Below, piece by piece: positions 13,455-24,218 of a stretch of 64,000 nt of DNA; positions within the stretch are counted from its first letter, which is position 1; each line of letters starts with the position of its first letter. Below the pieces are notes generated by a model. The model worked only from the letters and a program-made list of their open reading frames with translations. It ran no database searches and was not told where the DNA came from. The stretch is from Hormiphora californensis (Eukaryota; Animalia; Ctenophora): positions 8,060,001 through 8,124,000 of the forward strand of contig CM035351.1 of the NCBI GenBank assembly GCA_020137815.1. Direction: 5' to 3'. The position numbers and the translations under genes are program-made.

Positions 13455-13616
13455 TAAAGTCGGATTTTTTGAAGTTGTCACCCCAAAATGACCGTGCAAC
13501 TGCATGTGTAATTTATCAACTTTGACGGGCACACCACACGTTAAACATGTGATGTGACGCGCAAAAACATTCCGTGCACGAAAAGGGGGGTGACAACTTC
13601 AAAAAATCCGACTTTA
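13455..13616. mobile_element. MITE family A, copy 1
   Basis: ~30-bp TIR taaagtcggattttttgaagttgtcacccc / ggggtgacaacttcaaaaaatccgacttta with TA ends; the same TIRs recur at 59704-59965. Confidence 0.85.
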
Positions 13617-13710
13617 GTTTATAACGTATGGTCTAATTATAACTAAGTGACAGGGGGTTTAATTTTCATCAAAATTAATTGATATATTATACATACTTCT
13701 GTATGGCGGC

Positions 13711-13758
13711 GCCATACCCCATACCCCATACCCCATACCCCATACCCCATACCCCATA
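13711..13758. repeat. (CCCCATA)n heptamer microsatellite
   Basis: About 6 tandem units. Confidence 0.9.
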
Positions 13759-14140
13759 CACACATATGGAAGACGCACTGTCACTCGAGTGATGCAATGA
13801 AGGGAGGTGAGTTGATGGAATACATGCTGATTGAATGTGATAAAGGAAAGGTAAGTTTAGACCGGACCCCCTGATCGACCCTTCCAAACCCTACCATACC
13901 CTGACTGACAAATTCAAACAACCACTTAGATTTTCAAATAATAAGGAGAGTGAACGTTTCAAATGTGTCTCAAACGTATTCAAAATCGATCTCAATAACG
14001 TTTTAAAAATGTATCTCAAACATCTTCGAAATGTATTTCAAACATCTTCGAAATGTATTTCAAACGTCTTCAAACTGATCAACGTTCCTCAAAAGTAAAA
14101 GATAGACAAGATCTCGGCCCGCCGAGTTCACTTTTGTTTA

Positions 14141-15071
14141 TCAAGCCATGGCATCAAAATCAAGAATTACATGTCCTGTCTTGTATCCATACTCCGGGTC
14201 GGGTTGTCCATCAAATATTATCTCCTTGTTCTTTTGATTAACTCCAGAAGGCCTCTCAAAAGCCCTGGTCAACCTGAGAAAAGGGGAGGGATTTAGAGTT
14301 GTTGATGAAATTAAATGTGTTTATGAAGGAGCAGCTCCAATTTTTTTGAAATTTCAGATAGTAGGTCTGTATGGACTTACTGGAAAGTGGAAATTGCAAT
14401 GAATAGGACAGCAGCAAATACGGCGACACCCTCTACAGTCTTGATCAGATTCTCATCATCTCTCTTGTCAGAAAGGGTTTCATCACTGTGGTACAAAGTG
14501 TCATCGAGTGGAGAGGGAGGAGCGGGATATAGAGATCTCTCAGCTTTACGGACATTCCTATTTTTGTCCTTCTGGTCAATGTCATCTTTGGCGGAGTGTT
14601 CTTTGTTGGTCCACCTGTGTTTTGCTTTGTCCATGTCTCTGTACTGAGCCATGAACGTCCTAATCCGCTCTTTCTGATCCTCAATGGCTCTGCGGTTCTT
14701 TTTCCCTGCTTTAATTTCATGGGTCATTTCACCTTCTTCATCTCCTTCCTGCATGTCTTCTTCAAAGTGATCTTCATCGTCTTCATCATCTTCAAAGTCA
14801 ACCTCAAAGTAATCGTCGTCATCTTCGTTTCCAAACCAATCGTCATCATCATCTTCCATTTCCCAATCATCTGAGTGGCCCGACAAGAAATCTTCCGCCG
14901 ATTCGGCATCCACACTTGGAGCATTGGAAGCATGGGCCTCAGTGAGCAATAACACACATCCTGATGGCATGTAAAACGGTGGTAAGGAAGGAGTCATAAC
15001 AGTATGGACAAATTACCTAAACAAACTAATGAAATCTTACCGGTAGTTAGAAGAAGTAAGAAGATGTTCAT
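14141..15071 (-). CDS. Signal-peptide, highly acidic, single-pass (type I) membrane protein, ~247 aa (exons 15041-15071, 14381-14960, 14141-14273)
   Basis: Spliced N-terminus MNIFLLLLTTGCVLLLTEAHA; D/E tract; basic segment with GKK, RR, RK, KR; TM GVAVFAAVLFIAISTF; tail ending ...ILDFDAMA*; junction phases are compatible. Confidence 0.75.
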
Positions 15072-17519
15072 TATTGTGTTAGTCAATTGAAAAGTTTATT
15101 CCGGTAGTCTTTAGCGTTACAAGTAACTAGCAAGTTGAAATAGTTGACGGAACTGAACACCCAGTGCAGGTGCCACAACTTTTTGAAATTACTCCTTCAT
15201 AAAGACAAATATTGCATTGAACTCTCCTGCTACTGTACTACCAATTTAACAATCACATGCTCAACGCTCACTTAAAATTCATCATCACGCATAAAACCGT
15301 GTAAAAACCAATGTTTTTCATTTCACAGTTCACAAGTATCACAATTCATTTACCACACAATCCATTCAGTAAATGCTTGAGAGATTGCCTACATTGGCTA
15401 TATCTGACCCATGTCAGTTTCTAGCACGACAATAACTGACCACCCCAGACACATGCTTAAGAAGTACCCACTCGACTGACACTCATCGTAACAATTAAAC
15501 CTAACAACAGGCTTACTCACTGGCAATCGAAACAGAGAAATATAAAGCCACCATGCTTGACACAGCAGCCCCTTAAATTGTCAATACTCGATTAAATTTT
15601 AGTTTAGTTTTATCAGACGACAGACGCTAACGAAGCCAAGGGGCACCATTCTGTTCTCTTTCACACAAGTGATTGGGATAATCAGTTTGGGAGTCACCGC
15701 GTCACACCGCTCAAAGAGCTTGGTAGAATGTCGGCTTAGTATCACCAACCAACCAACCCCATACCCTATACCCAGTGCGCTCAGATGGGTCGCGGCGCCA
15801 GACAGATAAAACAGAGGCTTTATCTGCACCCCGGTTCCAATTTAATTGCCACCTAATTTTCTCATCACTTCAAGAGAATTGTATAAATTCGATCTCAGTC
15901 GCTCACGTCCCACATGTGACCCTATTCTCATTTCTTTCGAGCGGAGCTGAGAACCGCAGTCAGAGCATTGGCCTAACACAATGTTATTGGCCTAACACAA
16001 TGTTATTAACATGAGTTAGACGAAATCAGACGTAACTTTCGAAATCAGATGGAACTTCTGACACGAAAAAGTGATATACTGATATACTGAGAATAATGGC
16101 CTCCCTTGCATGTCTGGAGATCTCCTGATCTCCCGGTGATGTCTCCCAGATATGGCAATATAGCTGGGAGATTATAATAGAAAAACCACCAGAGACGAAT
16201 TAGACAAAATATACTGCCAGAAAAGTGAGTGATTCTGACACACTTTTTTGGTGGTGCCATGCATGACTTCCGGCCTGGGCGGTGCATTTGATATAATCCC
16301 CCACCTGGGACGTCTCCGGAGGTGCAAGGGAGGTTCAAGGGAGGCCGGTTTTGATACACTTACATTCTCTGATCACAGAGCGGATCAATCAAGCCAAGCC
16401 AAGTACCCAAAGGCAGTATTCCGTCCCTTACTTATTACTACCGGGGTCAAACAGGTGGCTGTGAAAATAACATCTGTTAAACCATGACTAGGATTATACA
16501 TGGTGCAGTGTGTAACAGGGAGTGACAAATGTTAGCACGGGACGACTATAAAAAATAGGAGGCCGTTATTCTCATTTCTCATTTATTGATAGCATGGCAC
16601 GCCCATAACATTTTCGTGGTGGCATTCCTACAATAATCTGAGTTACGGAGTAGAAGACTTCTTCCGAAGAAGTTCTTTTCTTTTGAGTTGTAGGGCGAGA
16701 TATTAGGGCGAAATTTGAAATTGTTGGGAGTATTCTTGCACAAGCAAAGAACCTCGCCACTTTAAATCATTAGAGAAATTAGGACATTCAACAAGGGATA
16801 CAGCTCTCAACTCTGTTATAGATATCGAGCTGACTGCACATTCTCAGCTGTAGAAGCTGGGAACAGTCGATCGAGTGGTCAGACATAAGATCAGATTTGT
16901 CTCACTTAAATTAATAATTTAGTTTCAATGCAATGGACATTTTGAGAATCATCGTTGGTATCACTATGATACCAAAGATTCTAAAAATGTGACATTGAAG
17001 GTAGGTACTATAGAAACACGTTGCTCAAGTACATACTTTTACAGGGTCGTTATTCGGGTTCAATGTTCGTTATGTATGGTGTGTGTGTAATCGTAACATG
17101 CATGGTTTTGAAACATGGGATGGGTTTTGGGTTGTTTTTTAGATTTCATACTCCAGATGCAGGTCATGTGTTGCACCAGAATGAACTTCATTACCGGATT
17201 CTACGGAAGTCTACAGATTTTCCCATTTCTGATCGTACATTTAAAGTCCACGTGACATCCTAGAGTCTACCTGGGGTCCCCCACCGAAATAATTGGAGGT
17301 AGGGAAAGTTTACACCATCATACTTATTACCAGTCAAAGTTAAAAACAACTTGGGTTTTTGGGTTTTAATAAATGCAGGCCTCGAGCGGAATCGTACATT
17401 TAAAATGGACATATATTATCACGGATTCTCTGCCGGGCACTATCAACACTTAAACACACTCAAAATCTCCTCTGACACACGTCTTTAATATTCTCTAAAA
17501 AACATACGGGACACGTCAT

Positions 17520-17870
17520 CTAGTTAGCACGACGTTCCAGGCCGAGGCCGAATGACTGCTCTTCGTGGCTCTGGAGGCCAAGTCCGAAACTCTGATCGTC
17601 ATCACTCAACTCGAGTTCGCCAAGCCCAAAGCTCTGTTCAGCATCTTCAAGTCCAAGCCCAAAGCTCTGTTCGGAATCTTCAAGTAGAAGCCCAAAGCTC
17701 TGTTCGTCGTTGTCCTCCAATCCAAGCCCGAAGCTCTGTTCGTCGCTGTCTGCCAGTTTCATCCCAAGTCCGAAGCTCTGTAGATCCATTTCATTGGCGG
17801 CCAGGTAGGGTGCCGAGAGAACCAGTGACATGGAGACGGTCAGGAAAAGAAGGGACAGGATCGTTTGCAT
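17520..17870 (-). CDS. Neuropeptide precursor (QSFGL-amide / FGLamide-type), single coding exon, 116 aa
   Basis: Signal peptide MQTILSLLFLTVSMSLVLS; 7 copies of QSFGL, 6 followed by the amidation donor Gly; acidic spacers; synonymous variation between copies. Confidence 0.9.
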   Translation of the reverse strand: MQTILSLLFLTVSMSLVLSAPYLAANEMDLQSFGLGMKLADSDEQSFGLGLEDNDEQSFGLLLEDSEQSFGLGLEDAEQSFGLGELELSDDDQSFGLGLQSHEEQSFGLGLERRAN

Positions 17871-19078
17871 GGTGACAGGAAAGAAGAAGGATCAAGTCGC
17901 TTTCTTATAATGCAGTGGATGGTTTAGTTAGGAGAGTGGAGTGTCGTTCTTTTAAAGGGATACCCAACCATATGACATTATAATTAGCGGATACCTGACA
18001 AAGAAAACGTTAGAGCAACATAATTCACATTTCATAATCCCAGGGGGTCAAATCAACAAAGGGACGTCTCAATTAGCACGGCGCATGGGAATTGCAGAAA
18101 TGCAGGACCATTATTATAGTACTGCAATATATCGACAATTGTAGCAAGGCCATGTCTAAAACAATCCAGCCATATCTGATCCCACAGCAGTGTGCTATAG
18201 TGAGGGGGAGACTATAACAGTGGGGCCGGATCAGACTTGTGAAGAACTGAGTTGATGGTGAGTTGTTTATATACGTGAACTAGGTCCCCCTCCAAAGAGG
18301 CTTAATTACCCACCGTTATAGTTTGATGCTATTGATCCTGTTTTCAATTCATGAGCAGGGACCTCTCCGTCACGTGGAGTCATCATGTGGCATCTCTCAA
18401 CAGTGCAACAGTACGAGCTATTTTAAAATGAGACACCATCTCGGCGCGAGAGTGCACATTTTTATTCACGAGCTTTTTATTGTACTAGTAGAAAACGTCA
18501 ATCATTAACACAAATACAATGGCGCAGCTCTCGCCCACACCATTTAGAATCAGCTAATATAATGATAAAGCGCCGGTCGAGGGTTACTGTTTTCTCGCTC
18601 TCCTAGTGGTGCAGGGATCATGGCCAAGATCTAAAAGGTAGAGTTTCAGTTGGATAATAATACCTCTTGCAAAATATACCCAGCTGAATCGATATAGCTT
18701 TTAGTAAATAAATAACAACTGAAGGGGGTGCTGCACCTTTTATCACCGATGAAGAAACTTTCAATAAGGTGCATTACCTAACTGACCAAAATCAAATCTA
18801 TATTGTTGATTACTAGTAGAACTGGGCCGATCGTACCGATCGGAATTCGAAGGATCCATGTCTCTCTCATTTCGCATTTCTATTCTCTCCCACCTCTCTC
18901 TCAGATTCTGAAAAGTTTGACGACGGCTTGACTATAACTAATTTATGGATATATTCAATATCACATATATTCCTTGGAATAATTTTGTAATATTTAATAA
19001 GCATATGGATCAATGAAATAACCATATTCGTTATATGTATACTGAATCAGTGAATCTTCAATCTTCAATCTAATTCAC

Positions 19079-19079
<1 letters not shown>

Positions 19080-19109
<30 letters not shown>

Positions 19110-19310
19110 ATCTTCCCTTCCCCTGGCAGCTGTTAACGATGCGACATTCAGATCACCGCGATCACTGGAAACCACCAGAACTTGAGTCGCTTGACACTGT
19201 TTCCGTGCTCCGCAAATTTTTAGAATAAAAAGAAAATATGAACAATTCAAACCAGCACGGGGTTTAGCAGAGCCGCGCTTTTTACCACTACGGAGCTACC
19301 GAGTACCGCG
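19080..19310 (-). mobile_element. Probable tRNA-derived SINE
   Basis: Minus strand: A-box-like ggtagctccgtagtggt, B-box-like ggtttgaattg, a body, then an (ATT)n tail. Confidence 0.5.
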
Positions 19311-19466
19311 GCACTGTAGTTAAGAAGTTTGATGGACTGTTTTCCGTCGCCCTGATTCTTACCTTACTGTGGCATGGGGCTATTTAGAGTGTCAATTTAT
19401 GATAGGATAGAGAGAAAAGTGAGAGAGGTGAGAGAGAGAGAGAGAGAAAGTGAAAGAGAGAGAGAA

Positions 19467-19510
<44 letters not shown>

Positions 19511-19837
19511 GGGGAGACTGAGAGAGAAACTATATTATAGTTAGAATAACGCGGACATAACCGATCCCATTCTTCTTCTTGACGTACCATTGCATCACAA
19601 CAAACCACACCTGGATATTGTGCTTCGTACAGTTAGTACACAACTGCATCTTAGACAAAGATATCAGACGCCCTGTTTCAGAAATCAAAATCAGTAAATA
19701 TACAGGTCAATATCACTGTCCACAATATATGTTGCAAAATATTATCCCCTTAGCAGACCACACCTCACCAACACGATCTCACTCTCACATAACTTCTAAT
19801 TCTCGTTCCACGTCCATGATGCACCTAGATATCGTTG

Positions 19838-20962
19838 TTATCCGTGGATAAGCTTGGGACCATTCCAACTGACGACACCCCAAGTGACACCTTCGCTTCG
19901 TTCCTTGGGCGATCCCAGACAGTGAGACACGTACCTAACCCGTCGAATGGTCCTGTCTCGGTTCCGGTGCTGATGTCCATATAGGTGCAGCTGAAAAGAG
20001 GGGGCTTGTTTTACAGTTATATCATATGGTTTAGAGGGTGGTCTAGAGGTGGATCTAGAGGGTTTAGACTCTGAATAGGAGTATGGGAGTTTGTTGACTA
20101 GACCAAAATAAGATGAATGAAAATCAGCTGTGAGCTGATGATCGGCATGGTCAGAAATCAGCTACACGTACCATTGATCCTATTTTGCGGAGTTGCCTGT
20201 CAAGAAAGCAGCTCCCCGCCACCCTGCTAAAGTTAAATCGGCTCCCGAACTCTCGTTCTTTCCATTCGGGCGAGGGTAAACCCTGAAAAATAATCATAAA
20301 AGCAACTCTTTCTTATCCCAATCAAGTTGAACTGCAGTGCAACCTCGAATCGGTTGACACCATATCAAGGCAAATACATACCATCAGATTTCGCTCTAAG
20401 GTGATCTCCATCTCATCATGACTGGTGGCCTTCATCAACTCAGGACGGGGCATGAAGTGGGAGAAGGTGATTACAGGGGCATCATAGGTCTTGTTTAGCC
20501 GTTCAGCGTTCATATCAGCAAACAGAGACGCCAGACTGGCAGCACTACCCGAGGCACGTCTTTTTAGCGAGGGCCACTGAGGAGGGAATATAGTTACAAG
20601 ATTCAGTTTCCCATAATGGGTGGTAGTTAGGATATGTGAGTTGGTTAGATAACACTAGATTTAGTATAAACTCTGAATACTCCATGAACATACCTTGCAG
20701 AACCAAGCATCACTCCACCCCATCTCCTTGAGACTCTGTTCCGTCCAGGAGGGACCCTGAGCCCCGGGTGTGTACAGGGTGTTCCGGGGGTCGTCCTCAG
20801 GACCTGCATACCAGGAGTAGAGGGGAACGACCCAGACATCGCTACCATCCACACACCGCACCTTACCCGGGTCCGTCCGTACACCTGTTGTTTAGTTGTT
20901 GTAGTGGGGTTAATATTCAAAATAGGGTAGGGTGGTACCCTGTAAGGGGAAACAATATATAA

Positions 20963-21004
<42 letters not shown>

Positions 21005-21765
21005 TTCGCACCCTAGTTCAATTGGAATATATCTCGTAGTCGTACCTATAAAGTAATATTGTACTTTACTTTAATGTTCTTACCTAAGTCGTTGCAGCAC
21101 TGAATGATCTCAAAAAGTTTCACTAGGGAGTTTGGTGCGTGGTCGTTCTTGGTCAGCCATAACTCGTGGTTACCGGGTATAAAGAATACCTCCTTATACT
21201 TTCGTTGTAGAATCTTCAGCGACTCTATTAACCTAATGGGGGGAGTTTGTTATTTTGTGAGTATGAGAGGTAAAATAACCCCCCGCGGGTCCCGAGTTGC
21301 CTTACTCGACCGGCCTCTCTCACAGGTACCGTGCCCCGTGAAAAATTTTGTAAGGGAGGGCTAGAACATAAAAAGCCCCGACCGTTTGTCAGCGCTATGA
21401 AAACACCCTTAGTGAATTATAGTGAGGACTCATGAGTAAGCTGGAATGGCTGGAATTCCGAATGATCGATCTGGTATGTTTTAGTTTACTGATGTGAATT
21501 GAGCCATAGATCAGGTGGCTTGCAACAGATGGCCATGATCGTGATCTGCTTGATCAGCCTTCTGGAATTCATGTGATCAATGCAAATAGAAGCTCCTTAT
21601 ACGGATACAAATGTAAATCCATGCCAGGAATCAGAGATCTATCTCGAAGAAAGATATAATATCTTTGCTTCCTTTCTATCCTATCTGTTATTCAGCAATC
21701 ACCTCTCTTTCTAGAAAGCAAGGTGGCATAAACTTTTAAATCGATAAGTAAACAACACGCTTCCT

Positions 21766-21837
<72 letters not shown>

Positions 21838-22252
21838 CCCACAGGATCAGGACCTTGATATCTCAACAAGCAATCGTGTGGTTAGTGATAAGTTGTAAAC
21901 AAACTCCCTTCATGCAGCTTCATGTGGTGAGTGTTTGGAAGCTATCGAAATTCGCATCATATGATACGGCTAAACTACATGGATAGCGTCCATCTAAAGA
22001 ACTTCAACCCCATCCGAAAACTCCATCCAAAACCTCATCGAGTTATTTGATAGACCCCTCCAAGCAACTATATAGTTACCCCTCCAAGCAACCCCTATTA
22101 TAAATCATCTAATAATTGTACCTTGGTATGTTATCACTGACATCCCCTGCTACCAGGACCACATCTTCAGGTTGCTCCGCGAACTCCTCCACAAAGACCA
22201 AGTTCTCTTCATAATCCGTGTGTAGGTCAGATATACCAAATATACGGGACAT
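19838..22252 (-). CDS. Calcineurin-like metallophosphoesterase, PptH-like; 6 exons
   Basis: Motifs ISDLH, VAGDVS, IPGNHELW, PLYSWY, FSHFMPR, LYGHQH recovered across exons 22122-22252, ~21083-21232, ~20694-20885, ~20382-20576, ~20170-20282, 19838-~19990. Confidence 0.88.
21770..21835. repeat. (CT)n microsatellite
   Basis: Direct read; other (GA/CT)n tracts at ~19430-19505, 23499-23578, 28382-28487, 55135-55210, 56122-56177, 59055-59140, 60208-60280. Confidence 0.95.
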
Positions 22253-22967
22253 GGCTGCTGCTGCACGTGCAAAATATGTCTGCAGGGATCCGGAGAGATG
22301 GCGAGATGAAGTGGCCTTGCTACAAACAATTGTGGAAGTAAGTAATCAAATTAGAAATTATGATTTATTGCAACATCAAATACAAATAATTATCCGCGTC
22401 TCAAAGAGCCAAACAACCACACATACACTCCAAGCTCTCTCTCATTGTGGTGGGTCCCTCTCACTCTCTCTCTAGTTATGAAAATTATCGCAGGAGAGAG
22501 AGGGTTATACCCGGGTTTTCAGTAGTATGGATTACCCTTACAGCAGCTCCACCCATCTTGCTGTGGCTGCCATGCCTTAGGGGGCAAGTAGTGCGAGTAC
22601 ACACACGTCACCATATATCTCTCTCCCCTCTCCCTCTCTCTCTCTCCCTCTCTTGCAGAATCTGCATGCATGGACTGATTTCGCAATAATCCTAGTTGCT
22701 GAGGTAATCTATTGATCTTCCCAATTGACACCATTACTGCAGCTGGGATATCAGGGGGTGCAGGGGGCTATGTCAGTTATACACGTATGAAGCACACTTC
22801 ACCGCCAGTACAGTGCCAGTACAACAATGGTGTACCGTCACGGTGTCGTGCAGATCTTGAGAGAGAAAGAAGTGTTGTTGAGAGAGAGATCATGACTTGC
22901 TCATGGCTATTGGATTTCCACTTGATGGTGGCCATTGGCCGAGTCAATCAAAATAATATAATATATA

Positions 22968-23251
22968 CTGTCTCTGTCTCTGTCTCTGTCTCTGTCTCTG
23001 TCTCTGTCTCTGTCTCTGTCTCTGTCTCTGTCTCTGTCTCTGTCTCTGTCTCTGTCTCTGTCTCTGTCTCTGTCTCTGTCTCTGTCTCTGTCTCTGTCTC
23101 TGTCTCTGTCTCTGTCTCTGTCTCTATCTCTGTCTCTGTCTCTGTCTCTGTCTCTGTCTCTGTCTCTGTCTCTGTCTCTGTCTCTGTCTCTACTCTCTGT
23201 CTCTGTCTCTGTCTCTGTCTCTGTCTCTGTCTCTGTCTCTGTCTCTGTCTC
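22968..23251. repeat. (GTCTCT)n hexamer microsatellite
   Basis: About 45 near-perfect units; source of the spurious SV/RD/ET-repeat ORFs. Confidence 0.95.
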
Positions 23252-23493
23252 TTCATCACTCTCTCTATATTTCTTTCTCTGCCTACCTCTCTGTGTCTTT
23301 GTATCTCTGCAGTTGGATATGCAACAGCATGAGCCAAGTTCAGCAGTTGACACCACTAAGCTAGATCCCAACAACTCGGGAGAATATGACCACCACGTAC
23401 AAACTGCATTCGATTCCTCTCTAAATATTATGCGAGAGTGAGTGAAATTACGAATTCCCAAAATGACAACAAATGGTTGACTAAATCGAGAAA

Positions 23494-23582
<89 letters not shown>

Positions 23583-24128
23583 GTGGTGGTGAGGATGCCA
23601 TGATACTACTGTCATGTGATGGACTTTTATTTTAGAAATAAAACCTGTGAGGAGATATCATGATATGACAGAGATATGAGACAATTGTGATACAAGTAAA
23701 TCACTTAATTAGTATACTTAATTCATCCAGTACTTCTAAAACATTCAAAGCTGTGTCAAATTTCAAGCTTTGATTGAAGTGTTAAAATCGAAAAACCTCT
23801 CAAAAATTGCTTGTCATTTCATTATTAAACTCACCGTCCAATCCCGCTACAAAATCACAAAATCTCACTCTCTATCTCTTCGTTTATCATTGCTATAGCT
23901 CTTCAAAACCACCAGCCTTGGATTTGAAATGGACCAACAGCATGGTCTTCTGTTAAATGAGAGGGGAGAAAGAGGAGGAGAGATAGTAAATTGAAAGATA
24001 GAGAGAAAGAGAAAAACATTGAGAGAGATATACGAGAGAAGGATCACGAGTACTGTTACCGATTCGTCTTTCTCTGATCTGCTTGAGAAAATCAAGTGCC
24101 CCCTTCACATGTGCATTATCCTCACAGA

Positions 24129-24218
24129 CCAATGAAAATCAAGGATTACAGTCACGTGACTAAACCGTGAGCTGCGATTGGCTGAAACTACATCGCATGT
24201 GTGGAGTAACAAGCCAAT
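24129..24218. promoter_or_regulatory. Candidate promoter: three CCAAT boxes and a palindromic E-box
   Basis: CCAAT 24129-24133, GTCACGTGAC 24151-24160, ATTGG 24177-24181, CCAAT 24214-24218; located between the divergent phosphoesterase and GAS2-like genes. Confidence 0.35.

Noticed and set aside
17520-17870. Orthology to arthropod allatostatin-A
   Set aside because: Lacks the Y/FxFGL-GKR architecture; a shared FGL tripeptide is too short to show homology
22712-23635. ORFs with SV/RD/ET/RE repeats
   Set aside because: Translations of (GTCTCT)n and (GA)n microsatellites
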